Below, piece after piece: positions 25,463 to 39,700 of a stretch of DNA of 64,000 bases. Position numbers and translations under genes: made by a program. Position 1 is the first letter of the stretch. The number at the start of each line of letters is the position of its first letter. Where the stretch lies: positions 1,550,001-1,614,000 of the forward strand of contig NW_027271434.1 of the NCBI RefSeq assembly GCF_040938485.1, in the 5' to 3' direction. The notes under the pieces are model-generated. The model was not told the origin of the DNA and ran no database searches. It saw only the letters and a list, made by a program, of their open reading frames with translations. This DNA is from Diadema antillarum. Taxonomy: Eukaryota.

Positions 25463-25704
25463 TTTTGTTCGCAAAAACCGATAAGTCCATATTTGCCAAA
25501 TGGAGATATTTGCGATTAAAGGTCAAGAAAAATAGAGAGAATAATAAGGACATTTTTGCTTCTTTTGACCATAACTTCAAAAGAGTACCTTTATATGTAG
25601 TGACCAATATATCATTTAAAAGGTATTATTTTGTATTTTATGACAAGGACCTTACTTCAAAATCTTCAAAAATGGACTTATCGGTTTTTGCGAACAAACT
25701 CTTC
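25463..25704. mobile_element. MITE with 24-bp or longer inverted ends
   Basis: GTTCGCAAAAACCGATAAGTCCAT ... ATGGACTTATCGGTTTTTGCGAAC. Confidence 0.65.
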
Positions 25705-25917
25705 GTTTCTTGTGTTTTTTTTTTATTTCATGTTTACCTCTTTGCTTCTTTTTGTTAGTAATGTCGGCAGTGTGAGTGATTCTGTGTGGCTCCAGCTTTC
25801 ATGTCTTTGTTTTCTTTCGTACTTCCTATTAAAATTGAGCGGCTTTCATCTCTACAGCCCCTCTTTACATGTGCTTCTCTTTTCAAATAACACAATGATC
25901 ATGATTTCGTTCAAATT

Positions 25918-26370
25918 GTTTGATTTGATTTGATTTGATTTGATTTATTCCTCTGTATGCCATTTTTCTGTACAAGTACGCCAATTTTCTGCAATTCCAT
26001 TGGCATTGTAAAAAAATAACTGTAATATTTAGGTTACGGAAATGCTCATTTTTATTTGTTCCATTTTCAAATGTATATAAATACGTTCATATACTTTTTG
26101 TGACAATGATTTTGTTATTGTTGAAAGAATTGTAAGTGAATTGAAATGTATTAACTCTCAAGGTGCTTTTGATAACCGTATGGTAAATAATTCGTACATT
26201 AGATTCACAAGACAACAACGGGAGTAAAATATATTCCAAGATGTAAACAGACATAAGTGATGTGCAAACAGAACAAAGTTGAACACATGACGTATTTATG
26301 GAGGCGTTTTCTTGCAGGGTTACTCTATAACAAAACTGCCAAGTCACCCATTTAAATGACAAATATGAAA
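25918..26370 (-). mobile_element. Decayed LINE 3-prime end with an (AAATC)n tail
   Basis: (TTTGA)n at 25918-25945 preceded on the minus strand by UTR-like sequence; same tail type as the LINE at 38698. Confidence 0.35.
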
Positions 26371-26442
26371 TTGACTATAGTCTCCACAGAATGTCGCTGT
26401 CTTAACGCAGCGTTTCCATCTCACCCCTTTGTGCAAACAAAG

Positions 26443-29400
26443 CAGTAGATGTTTATCTTTATAAATCCTTTATGTCTGTCTATAGCGGTGCGTCACAGAG
26501 CAACGAGAGACGTGGTATTAAATAATTGTTACAACGTTTACAAAAGAGCGGAATTTTAATTTGATTTACTCTCCTGTTACAAATAGATGGCGATGTCGGC
26601 AGATTCTGATAACATTCCCAGTGCTGAAAGTGACTTTGATATCCAGACGCCCGATTAACCGAAGCTTGTTTATGTCTTCGGTTATTTGTTTATCGATATG
26701 TCTTTCCCTTTTCATTCAGTTTGTCGCATTTGACACATTGCATAAATCTTAATATCTCGAAAACCTAAAGGTTAACACAGAGAAATATGGAATATGAAAA
26801 CTTTAATGTTGCCATTTGACATAAAAACAATGTGATGCCTTGCTCGCATTAAGCACATTAAAGGCTACATTAATTGTTTCACGTTGAAAAGTCAATATAG
26901 GTAATTAATTAGAATCTGAGAGGTAGAAAGGTAAGAGAGAAAAAGTTCAGAAGTTGAAACATTACATTTTGTTTTTTCAGAAGGTTCGTTAAGTCGAAAA
27001 TGACATATGGTTTCTTATTCCGAAAGTTCGTTAATCCGAAAATGAAAGAAGTCTTTATTCCGAAAGTTCGTTAATCCCAGAATTGAAAAATAAAATCATT
27101 AATCCGAAATTTGTATACGGTTCGTAAAAATCCGATGGTTCGTTAGCACTAATCTTCTTTTCTTTTTCTTACTAACGAACCTCCGGAATAACATTTTTTT
27201 TTCGTTTTTGGATTAACAAACCATCGAAGAAAACGAAACGAACCTCCGGAATAACGGACCTGCTGAACATCTATAGGTATAAGAAATGTGTGCGTTTTGA
27301 AACAACGAACCTTATTTAATTTTCGGATTAACGAACATTCGGAATAAGGAACATGACCTTAAGCATACGTGGCAGTAGATGTTTATCTTCGTGAATATTT
27401 AATGAGTGTCTTTAGCATTGCGTCACAAGGTTATTATTGCGACAACATTTGCAAAGATGGAATTTTTATTTGATTTACTCTCCTTCTACAAATAGATGGC
27501 GGAGTCAGCAGAGTTCAATAATATTCCATGTGCTGAAAGTGACTTTCATATCAAGACGGCCGATTAACCCAAGCTTGCTCATCTCTTCGGTTATTTGTTT
27601 ATCGATAGATCTTTCCCTTCTCATTCAGTTTGTCGAATTTGGCACATTACATAAATCTTAATATCTCGAAACCTAAAGGTTAACACAGAAAAATATGGAG
27701 TATGAAAACTTTAATGTTGTTATTTGACATAACAACAGTGTGATGCCTTGTTCGCATTAAGCATGTTGAAGGCTACACTAATTATTGTTTCACGTTGAAA
27801 TGTCAATAGGTAAGAATGCTAGATTTTAGAATCTGAGACATAGAAAGGTAAGAGATAAAAAGTTCAGATGTTGAAATATCGGTTACAGTTTGTTATTCCG
27901 AAGGTTCGTTAGGTTGAAAATGGCATAAGGTCTCTTATTCCGAAAGTTCGTTAATCCGAAAATGAAAGAAGTCGTTATTCCGAAGGTTCATTATTCCTAG
28001 AATTTAAAAAAAAAAGTTTAATTAATCCGAAAACTGTATAGGGTTCGTAAAAATCCGAAGGCTCGTTAGCACTAATCACCTTTTCATTATCGGATTAGCG
28101 AACCTCCGGGAAAAACATTTTTTATTTTTTTTTTTTGCATAAACAAACCATCGAAAAAACGAAACGTATTTCAATTTCCGATGAAAGAACCTTCGGAATA
28201 ACGGACTTTCTGAACATCTATAGGTACATGAATATGAAATTTGTGTGTTTTGAAATAACGAACCTTATTTAATTTTCAGATTAACGAACATTCGGAATAA
28301 GGAACATGGCCTTAAGCATACGTGCAAGTAGATGTGTATCTTCATGCATCTTTAATGAGTGTCTTTAGTATTACGTTACAAGACAACCCGAAACGTGGAT
28401 CAGTGTTGTCATTGTTACAACAATTGCAAAGGTGGAATTTTATTTGATTTACTCTCCTTCTTCAAATAGATGGCGGTGTCACCAGATTTCAATAATATTC
28501 CCAGTGCTGAAAGTGACTTTGATATCGAGACGCCCGATTAACCCAAGCTTGTTTATGTCTTCGGTTATTTGTTTATCGATAGATCTTTCTCTTTTCATTC
28601 AACTCCTCAAGTCGCACATCATGGTTTTTATCTTGCGAACCTAAAGGTAACATAGAGTTATAGTGGAATATCAAAACTCTAATGTTGTCATTTGACATAT
28701 TCAATGTAATGCCTGGAAGCTTATGGAACGCTACACTCCGAAAATGAAAAGAAGTATCTCCTCCGAAGATTTGTTAATCCGAGAATTTAAAAAAAAAAAA
28801 AGGTTCGTAATTCAAAAACTGTCGGGTTCGTAAAAATCCGAAGATTCGTTTTGCGAACAAATCCTCTTTTCATTTTCGGATTGACAAACCTTCGGAATAA
28901 TATCAAGTTTGTTTGTTTGTTTTTTGTTTTGTTTTTGTTTTTGTTTTTGTTTTTACGAACCATAGGAATAACGAACCATTTTATATTTCTTTTTGGATGA
29001 ACGAACGTTTGAAACATTTACATATACGAAATTTTTGTGTCTTGAAATAACGATCCTTATTTAACTTTTCGATAAACGAACCCCCGGAATATCAAACATC
29101 ACCTTATGCATACAGTATACGTGGCAGTGAGACGTTTTTCTTTATGCATCTTTAATGAGTGTCTTAAGCATTGCGTCACAAGGCAATCCAAAACGCGGAT
29201 CAATGTTATTATTGTGACAACATTTGCCAAGGTGGAATTTTTAAGATTTACTTTCCTTCTTCAAATAGGTGGCGGTGTCAGCAGATTATGATGATTTTCC
29301 TATTGCTGGAAGTGACTTTGACGTCAAGACACCCAATTAACCCATATTACTTTTGTATACGCCTTCTGTTTTTTTGTTTATCGATAGGTCATTCCCATTT

Positions 29401-29500
29401 CCATCAGTTTATCGAATGTGGCATATTACAGTTCTTAATACTCTAGAACCTAATGGCAAAGAAAAAGAAATATGTCAGAGGTAGGATAGGCAAGAGGTAA
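26443..29500. repeat. Diverged tandem array of about 3.5 units of 0.8-0.95 kb, each containing a fold-back MITE-like half
   Basis: Units start at about 26443, 27372, 28324 and 29123; shared block TTTACTCTCC...CAAATAGATGGCG...GCTGAAAGTGACTTT; palindromic CCGAAGGTTCGTTAATCCGAA subrepeats. Confidence 0.85.
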
Positions 29501-30059
29501 AAACTTCATATGTTAAAACATTAGGTGCAAAATTTCAGCGGTATATTCTAAGCTTGGGGAAACTAATTATGAATATCAGGCTGAATATTGTATTTACAGT
29601 GTATTTTTTGTTTGGGTTTTAATACGGTACATATTTACAAATTTTATAACTACGATCAGGTTTTCTCTCCTTAATTATATTTACACTTTTAACTTTGACA
29701 TATATCTACACTGAACCACATAAATTTACTTCGTTATCATAATGTGGTACATTACTTTCTATAGCCACCAAAAGTGTGCCGTTGTATATAATAATCAACA
29801 ATGGCGTATTTTGTACTTTTTAATGATTCATATCATAGATATCATGCGTGTCGCGTGAAGAATACCAGCCATTATCGCAATATCGATTGATAATAAGTAC
29901 TGTTAATACTACATACTAGTTTCCTAGCATCAGGAAGCACGAACGTTCATTATAAGATGCCTGTAGGTGAAGTTTCAAGGCTTCAAACACACGTCCTCTT
30001 TTACGCTAATGAAACCAAACAAGACAATGACTTGGTCAGTCCGAAGAGAGATCTGGGTA

Positions 30060-30528
30060 CACTGTTAGATATGAAACACCGAGCTGGTGTTAAATTTCTG
30101 GTGGTCATTTGTGTGTGTAGATTAACACCTCCGGATGTCACTTCAAAATATAAAACTGTTTTTTTAATTGTAACTCAGTTACTGTTCTTCTTGTTGATTT
30201 TAAGCTTCGACAAGACAATCGAGAACTTTCCGAGACAGTACTTGATTTTTTAAAAAGTGTGAACACATTTAAAACACAGTAACACCAGTTGGTGTGGTCT
30301 CCTACTGACACTTGGCGGGTGTTGTACCATTGACACTAACATCAGCAATATCAAATCAACACCATGCGGTGTCAATGTTGAATAATACCAGCGCAGTGCC
30401 AGGTGAACACTTTTCAACACTATCACAACATACTTTCTACACCTGTCGGTGTGGTCCTCTGTATATTGACACTTGATCGGTGTTAGATTTAACACCCATG
30501 GTGTTAAATACCCGATGTTTTTGCAGTG
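30060..30528. mobile_element. Second copy of the CACTA/EnSpm-like MITE, in the 3-prime UTR region of CYP copy B
   Basis: Colinear with 4292-4835; right end TTTTGCAGTG, left end CACTG with an internal deletion; TA on both sides; 54 bp past the copy B stop. Confidence 0.65.
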
Positions 30529-30581
30529 TAGCCTTTATCACAAGGCATGATAAAGCTGGTATCTCGTTGGTATATATGGTT

Positions 30582-30722
30582 TCATGTTCTCAGATTCACA
30601 TAATTCTTGCATCCATCCTTTGGTTTGTTGGTGACTTCGTCCTCGGTGGAAGAGAGTAAAGACTGGTCGGGCCGGAACGCGAATCGTTGAAGAAGTTTTG
30701 CGAGGAACACACGTGCCTCGAT
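30582..30722 (-). CDS. CYP46A1: CYP46A1-like copy B exon 13 (IEARVFLAKLLQRF...NLRT*)
   Basis: 141 nt, tag acceptor, TGA stop. Confidence 0.92.
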   Translation of the reverse strand: MEARVFLAKLLQRFAFRPDQSLLSSTEDEVTNKPKDGCKNYVNLRT

Positions 30723-33700
30723 CTACAAAGGGGGTTTAACGAACAAAGATCCAAGTAAAATTGGTGCAGATTGATAAAACAGTCCGAAACACAAGGTGTC
30801 ATTTACAATCATTCATTTCTTCCTAAAAAGGATCTCTCTTCCTTTAATAGAGATCCTATCTCTACAAAACAATAGAAATCATTCCATGCTCATTCGATCA
30901 ATTTTGTGTACAATATTTAGGCATTATAATGTGTTTAATCCCCCTGAAAAAAGAAAGGTCTTTAGAATGAATTATATTCTTTGAATGTCTCACCAAAGCA
31001 AACTGTTGACCAATACACGATCGCTGACCCAAAGAAAACGGGAAGTACGCGTAGAAGTGACGTCTCCTGGAATGGAAGTCGTGAGTAAATACAATGATTC
31101 GAAAAATAGACTGGACATAATTTGAAAACTTTTGATTAATGACTCATGTGGAAGAAACATAACATCCCACTTTTACTCGTCTTGTTAATTGTATAGTCAA
31201 AATACGTAATACATTGTATACCCTTGAGCTCTCTGCTGCAAATGCCTCGATCACTACAATTACAGTGTATATATAAAGCTCCCACCTCATCGCAAACTTG
31301 AACATCCACATACTCTTCACTGCATCATTTTCAAATAAATGAAACATGGAATGCATCCCAGATCGTTATCAAGTATTAATAGGATTTTCTTTTAATCAGC
31401 AGTGATAGTCTACATAAGTAGGGCAAAAACAACATTCACAAGGTGTGATATCATGAAGGCGAAGGAAAATCAACCCTAGAAAACTGGGGAAAGCTTACAT
31501 TTGCCTTTCATCGGTCGTCTTGAAGCGGTCGGGATTAAAAACCAACGGCTCATCAAAATATTCCTCCATTCTAGACATCACAGCTGTCATGACCTGTTGT
31601 GCGAGAGAGAAATGTTTATTTCCCGAAAACTTTTGTGTTGGTCACCATGAAAATATCTGGCGAAGAAAGAAGACAGCACGGCTTACAGGAAACAGAACCA
31701 CAGATTGCATACATGCAGTAAGGCGTTCTCGACGAATGATTTTTACATTCTGTATCTATGCTTCATCACTAGATTGTAGCAATAATGATCGTGTGTACAA
31801 TTGACATATTCTTTGCTTTGATCAAGAAGTATGAGAGAGGGCACCTAAAGCGAACCACAATAATTGATTGCAATGTTTACTGAGCCAGTATTTTGCCAAG
31901 TCATTACATTAAATAGAAATCTTTCTCCGTTGATACCAAACATTTCATTATTATCACTTGCCGGCTGCTGTTTGGTTTTTATTTCTGCATTTTTTACCCC
32001 CCCAAAAATACAAAATAACATCACTAATAATTATTATTCAAAATTACTGAAAACTGATTATACAATGACATAAGGATCAAACATTTTAGGTCCCAATCCG
32101 AAGAGGGAGACATAGTAGTAGACAATGTCTGCATACTGTGAGTTACCCACCGATACGGGGGCTCCAGCGGGTAGCGTGAAACCGTCGCAACGGATTGGGT
32201 GTGCTAGTTTCCGGGACGTACCAGGCACAGGTGGAAACAGGCGAAGCGTTTCCTTGAGAACCTGGAATGAAATCCAACGGCGAAATCCATGAAAACAATA
32301 TCTAAACACATCCTCTCCACATGAATTCATGGCAAATCTATTTTTCCATATATTCTACCAAAAAATCTTTGCTCGTTTACCATTGAGGTGCCGCAGAACA
32401 GCTGGCAGCATTTTCCGAAGTTAGTCTGTCAAGAACTATCCAGCACGTTATCCAACAAGTTAAGAATTGCGATTTCTGAAGTTTAAAAAGGGAATGGCAT
32501 TGTGCCCTACCATCTCCACTGGCAGCCTATTTCGTAATTTTTCTATTGAATCAAAATCTAAATTTGTATAAAAAATTTAGCCTATTTTGCAATGTCAATG
32601 ACATGTGAAGAATTGGCCCGAGAGGACGCTCGAAGTGTAAGATAAGCACCCATATTGTTTCTGATATGCACTTGAAGTTGTACGCCGATAGTGGGTCAGT
32701 AAGTATCACACGACAAGATGTAATACTACTGGGACAAAGTTGTTGGCAGTATAGTCACAAATCCATTCTGAATTGAAAGATCAAAATTCGCTCACTCTCA
32801 TCATGTACTCCAACTTGGCCAAATCCTCGTACTCAATAGTAGGTTTATGACCTAATACTTCATCCACTTCAGTCTGCAACCTGCAAACAGGAACATGAAA
32901 ATGCTAAACAAAACAATAGTCAAACAATGCAATAACATGAAAGACGATTTGACCATTACCGAGATACTGAATTGGGTATACCAGATATGTAACCAGAACT
33001 GCTCTTGCGACAAGCAACAGCAATGAAGAATGATATTGCTAGTGCAGAGGGTGGGGTAGGAAGATTGGAATTTACTCAGTGGTGGCGGATTCACAATGTC
33101 CAATAAAGCTTCAGAAGATATTTCGAGGTCCATCAGCTGATAACGAATTCAACATGAAAATAAATTTTTGAAGGACCATCTGTAAAACAAAAATACTTTA
33201 CCTTTCAGCAACCTCCGGATGTCTGCCAAGCTGTTGTAAGGTGAAAGCGAGAAGGTTGGTGGTTGTCTCTTGTCCTGTAAAACACAACAAGGTCAAAATG
33301 TGAGCTTGTTTCGTCAACTTGCATTGAAATTATTCTAATGAGATTAGGAGCGATGTAGGTTTAGCACGAGTTATAGTGGCGTCACTGAACAAAAGATCTC
33401 TTCGGAAAGCTAACCATAATGCGACCACACTTAGGGCCTATGGATTTTGTTTATCCTGGCACAGAAATGCATAAGGTATATCAAACTTTAGTTGCCTCTT
33501 GCTTTGACCATCAAATAAGAAACCTTCTTTTTTGTTTTGTTTTTCTTGATTCTTTTTTTTTTCACCTTAATCTAGACTTTTTACGTCATCGTGTGATAGT
33601 GTGCTGGCGAATCGTCAGTTCCTGCGGGAGTTTCCATCGCAAACTCATCAGCTTACTTTATTTTCATAAAAAAATGATGGGCATGCAACTTTGAAGTGCA

Positions 33701-36700
33701 TGCTGTGCTGGTTTTTAAGGCATGCAAAATGTTTCATTTGACATGTTGCATTCTTATAATCATGGACGTGTCTGTGTTGCTGGGAAATTAATCCGCACTT
33801 ACCTGCAATGAAAAGCGTCACAAACTCGTCGATCATATTTTCCATCTGGAAGTCAGAACTCCCCTTCAAGTCATTGGAACATTCCAGAATCATATTCAAG
33901 ATGTCGTGCGGTACGTGATCTCCGCGTTGACGCGCACTAATCCGCTCCTCCACACATTTACGACCCGTTGTACGCACCAGTCTGATGGCCTCCCTCACCT
34001 CTTGGCGAAACTTTCGTGATTTACTCGAAATGTCCCACTAGGTATGGTACGTGCACAGTGGCAACATTTACGTCAGGAATGAGATGCGAGGTGAATAGAT
34101 AAAGAGCAGGAAAAATGGGATAAGGTCAATTTGAACGTGATGATGTGAAGATATGATTTGTCTGAAATTTTACACACTTTTCGACAGGGAAGCCTGTTAC
34201 GTAGAAAGATTCAACCAAACGCTAAAATGCATGCTATAGTGCAAATATATAAAGGGTACGTCCAGTGGTCACCTTTCACTGCTCGTTTAGATCATGCAAC
34301 TCTGAAGACACTTAAGTTTTGCACTGCTCTTTTTACACTTCGGCTTTGTTCCTAATTTCTTTACTTTTTCTTTTCAACAAAAGGAACCAAGTCTTGATAT
34401 TGCTTTAAGATTTGTTTTCCTTCATTTTAAAGGGTATACGTTCATTGTAGCGCATACAAAAACCGTTTGCATTGACTCATGTGTTTGAAAATTCTTGCCT
34501 GAATGAAGCGCTAGATCTTTACCTGAATGTGGACGGGACAGTTTGTCCTTCACTCTTATGTCTAAATTTGTGACGATGATTTTCATGGAAAACAGCCGGA
34601 TTTGATAAAATATCTTTAAGGTTTCATAACCTTAATTTTGCATGAGCATCTCTATCAAACCCATGATTAATACGCCTATGTCTATACGCCTATTATTCAT
34701 CTATACAACTAACTTTACAGATATTTGCGAAAGCTTGAAGAAAACAAAAAAGACGAACAAACAGCATGCTGATATGATTGCCAGGTACATTCGGTCCTTT
34801 ACCTCTATTGCTGGATTTTCAAACGTTGCCCTCAACCCTTTGAAAACTGCGCCAATAGCAGCAGGAAACGGACAAGTTGGGTCAGTGGTAGCTTGTGTGT
34901 TCATACCGAAGGCAATCTATAATCATCAAATTTAAGTGAAAAAAACTGTGTTAACACGGCTTTATCGAGAACACAACGATGTTATGTATGCGTGACACAT
35001 ATTTTTACTAAGGTTCTCGAGCGTATGTGAGTTCAAAGGAGGCAAGCTATGATAATCATTATTAACACCAAAGTAAGAATGAACCGTATAAATATATCTT
35101 CGTCAAAAGAACAGTGATGTGACGCCGAAGTCATGGTGTATAATGGATCAACTAATTCTGAAGAAGGAAAATACCAACCAGGATAACTGAGAATACATGT
35201 AGATTAAGTTATGATGAAATAAGATTTGACGTTTGTTCTTGGTGGTCGAGTCTAGGCCATTTGCAGTATAAAATTCTATATGTACACCTTCAAGATTAGG
35301 TTATAAGCTTCAGCACGACATGTATGATATATCACTTTATAGGCCTATGTATCACGTAGATGACAACCGAAAAAAAAATAGAACATCTAGAAAAACGATC
35401 ATGATGCAGTGCGTCACCATAAAATCCTCGCCATTTGATTAGAACCAAGAATAGTAAATTACTGCATCCTAGCAACAACATTAGAGAGTACATTTGAGGT
35501 TCTCTTTTTATCAATATTAAAGTAGTTCGTTTTTAACTTGCATTACCCGTTGTTATGTTTCTCCTGCAAGACATGAAAACGCAATAATTCAGTTTGTTTT
35601 CTTCAGCATTTCTCTATGTATTAGTGTTTCACATTTCTTATACATGCTGCAATATCTGATGTCCTTGTTATAAAATAATACCATACATTTGCGTCATTCG
35701 AGTATTCTTCCGGTTTAATACTTGGAGTGCAAGAACCTGTCCATGTTATTATATACACGTTCTGATTTATAAAATCCTTATTCTATACCCTATATATCAA
35801 CATTTTCTTAAGAATGAAAGTATGCTGTTGAACTGAAAACAGGTGCCGGTAATTTAGATAGTAGCTGCATCTTCTTTAGTGTTAGTCACCCTTACCTTTG
35901 CGATGACGTCGAGGGTTGCGTTGTTGAATTCGTCCAGCATGGCGATCGGGGTCTTCCCGTCTGCTCTCGCGACAATGTTTTCACACAAAGCCTCGGCGCC
36001 CTCGTTAAATTGCTCCATCATGCCGATTAGGTATCTGGGAGTTATGATACACCCGTAGAGAATTCAATAGAAATATTACTAATCTAAATGCTTGATAGCA
36101 TTGGGTGGGGGCCCTCACAGTTTGTTTGACTATACTCTGATTTCGGACAGGTGCAATATGTAGACACATACCTGTCTGCCGGGAGTAACAATTGTATTGC
36201 TGCTGTAACGAAAGAAACGGTGTCTGTCCTCCTTGTGGATGCTCGATAATATCAATAAATTCGTCATAATGGTCAACATAAATACTTCAAGATTTTACAT
36301 GGAGGAATATAGCAATAAATTACACAATTTAAATAGCTGAGATAAATCGCTCAGACAAACAATATCCCAACGACGTTGCCGAAACTCTTTGTCTCAAGTT
36401 AGAATACATGTTACACTTACTAGAAATAAACACATATAATCACGTTTTTGATGCATAAATGTTCTTATACGCATTATAAATGCAATAATTTTAGTAATTG
36501 CTAAATGATGTATTCCAAACACTGAATCAAAAGGAAACAGATTCCATGTTGATCAAGTCCCTCAGAGCTCGTCATGTAGTGCAAATCTTCAAACTTCGAA
36601 ATTCTCATTTGTATCAGAAACACAAAAATCTTCCCTAATATTAATTTTTCAAATCATCACTCATCCATTTCGTCACCAATTATGTTAGCTAACCGTGTAA

Positions 36701-39700
36701 TTAGCTGAGCTCTGCAAACTGACAGATTAAAAAAAAATAAAATAAAAAAGATGGACGCTGAGTTGTTGTTGATACTCACTTACGTCTGAATGCCGGGTTG
36801 ATGATGGCTCGCCTGTGGAGCCACTTATTGTGGTCCACCTCAGACACCAAACCGTGTCCCAAGAAGCGTGAACCAAACATACCCTGAAACGACCGGTAGA
36901 TCTCGATCGGTTTGGTGTGACGGCTGTTCAGGAGTAGGTCCTATAGTTCCATTTGAGTTATTCGAAAAAGCAGAAGAATGGGAGCATAAACACTATTGCA
37001 GTTCACGTTGCAGTGTACAATGAAATAGTTTCTTTAAGGTTTCACTAAAATGTTCACTCCAACTCTTCAAGATCTCTTTGAACGACAAAATTAATTTTGT
37101 TAAACAAGGTTATTGCGCTACAATGGGCTTAGAAACACAAGAATAAGGGAAGATGATGAATCAAACAATTATTCCCTTCTGGTACTCTGAATGTATCGGT
37201 TTGTCAATTATTATTTTTAGGGGTGTCTACTTTGACTTCCAAAGCACCTAGTTCAAAAGTTTTGAAGTTTTGCATAGGACAGAAACGCTAGGACCATATG
37301 AGTTGAACACCATCAAAATGTTTCGGATATTGTCAATGGGTTATACTTTGTATACGATTCTCCGTCCTTTGCTGTAGCTTTCAACAATATTCGTGTACAT
37401 TTTCGAATCCTGATGGGCCTGTATATCCACTGCCGTATAGTGCTAACTATCTCCCCGAAAGTGATCCACAGTCCTTAAGTTTTTCAGTTTAATGTTGTCA
37501 ATAAAAGTGCATACAAACAAATACCTTGACAATTTCTGGCTTATTTGCTAGGATGAATGGCCTCCAGAAGATTCGCATCCACAGCACAGGACCAAATTCT
37601 TTAGTCCTGTGACCAAAAAATACAACCAAACCAAAAGATAAAACAAAAATAATAAACAATAAACAAAAAAGTATTATGACAAAGAACTGACGTGACACAG
37701 TAAAATGACGATGCCCGTCTTAAACGCGGGCATTATTGACTAAAATTGTGATCATTACAGTGTCATCGTATTCGAAATATTTCCATAATTGTTATCAGGA
37801 TTACCATTATCGTCAGTAGTATCTAAAATATATGCAGTCATGTGTTACAAACATACACAGCACAAACGAATGACTTTCTTTTGCTATCAGTCAGTGGCTC
37901 ATCGATTGTTGGGAAAGAAGAGTTTATAAGACACACCTCACACCAATGATCTCAACTCATTCAACCATTCACGAGCGCCTTTGATATTATGGAAGTTGTG
38001 ATAATAGATGAGTGACAATTGGCCCGGCCGTTGCAAAGCAAAACATGTTCCATTAGAATTGTAAGAAATAATACAATTGCAGCATGATATTCATCGGATG
38101 TTACTATAATCTCTTACAAATCACTAATCACTTACAATTCGAAGAAAACCATTGAAACAGAAAGGTCGGGATTCTCCCTCAGGATCGCAAACTTATCCAT
38201 GTTTCCAAAGAAGAAGCTGCGTGAAGGGTGATTGAAGAAGTTGATTGAGCTTACTAGACACCCATGTATCCCACTGGTCACGCTAATTATGTTTGCGACC
38301 CTAAAAAGTTGCTTTTCTTTTGAGTGGTGCGTTTGAAATTAATCAGATCGTTAATATCTGCGGTCTAACATGATTTTGAAAAGCGAGTCTTTAGGATGAC
38401 CTCACTCAGATGTTACCTGCAGTTATCTGATACATTTCTCTATTCCACGGTCTGAGATGTCTGAGTTTGGATTCTACAGTAATCGGGTTGTTAAGGGAAA
38501 TTTTTGTGAACAAAGCATGCATAAAATTTGAATAAATTACAGAACCGGTCTATTGCAAGTTTTGTGAGAAAACTTTGCATCTGAGGAACACATCTATGGT
38601 GGAATTTGTGTTCATTGCATATCTAATAGAGTCCGTATATCGTGGCATATCACAAATAGCACGCCCTGAAAGTCAGTGCCAGATTGTAGTTATGATATTT
38701 GATTTGATTTAATTTGATTTGATTTGATTTGATTTGATTTGATTTGATTTGATTTGATTTGATTTGATTTGATTTATTGGTTTCTGTATCATCATTGTAC
38801 ATACACACATTCATGTACAAACATAAATATAATAATATATATAAGTATTTTCTTGTTCATTGCCTGTGTACAATGTACAGCAAAAGTACAACAAAACATA
38901 CAGCAATGAATAATACAGAGGGACTACAGCATAAGCGTAGCTTGATTTGCGTGCAGCCCCCGTAGCATAACATAATATTATAATATACATCGGAAGGAGA
39001 ATAGGAGGGAGGGATGACTTGCATAGAGATAGAATAGTTGAAAGGAGAAAGGGAAAGGAGAGGTTTGTCTGCTTTCACTAAAGGTTTATACAAAGTAAAG
39101 TCACCTGTATCACTGATTAGCAAAACATGACAAAATATTTCCTCACCGAGGTGCAGGTGGACAGTTGATACAGGTCATGGTCGGTTACATAATCATTATT
39201 ACATAATAGATTAATTGCGTCGATATCTCTACGAAAGAATTTCGTGTATAATACATTAACAATGACGATGGAATTACTGATATTCAGATAACAACATTGT
39301 TTTTACAGCCTTCCTAAAAGAATACATGGACTTTATTAAACTTCGAATTTCAGAAGGAAGAGAATTCCAAACATCGGGTCCAGTGTGTCTGACAGATTTC
39401 AGAGCCATCACTGTTTTGGGATTATACAAGTGAAACTTATCAGATTGTCTTGTTGGATAAGAATGTATTTCCTTGTTTAATTGAAATAGTGAGTAAAAAG
39501 AAGATGGCAACTGACCATTATGTAAGAGAAACATAAAAAGTGAGTTTTGCAAAAAATTAATGTCATTTACCTTAAGTGTTCTTAATTCTGCGAATAAAGG
39601 ATCTGAATGGTCTCGATAACCTGAGTTGGTGCATATACGTATAGCTTTCTTTTGCAAAAGTAATATACTATATCCTACTGACTTGACCGTATTTATGACA

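Noticed and set aside
26561-29446. Four similar short ORFs (IYSP..NRWRC...)
   Set aside because: Translations of the tandem array units, with inconsistent starts, indels and stops and no sign of codon-level conservation.
32330-32780. Possible CR1 RT C-terminal remnant (NRLPVEMV...) in copy B intron 9
   Set aside because: Too degenerate to support without a database search.
37711-37743. Hairpin GCCCG...CGGGC followed by CTAA, like a Helitron 3-prime end
   Set aside because: Short, imperfect and without a recognisable 5-prime end.
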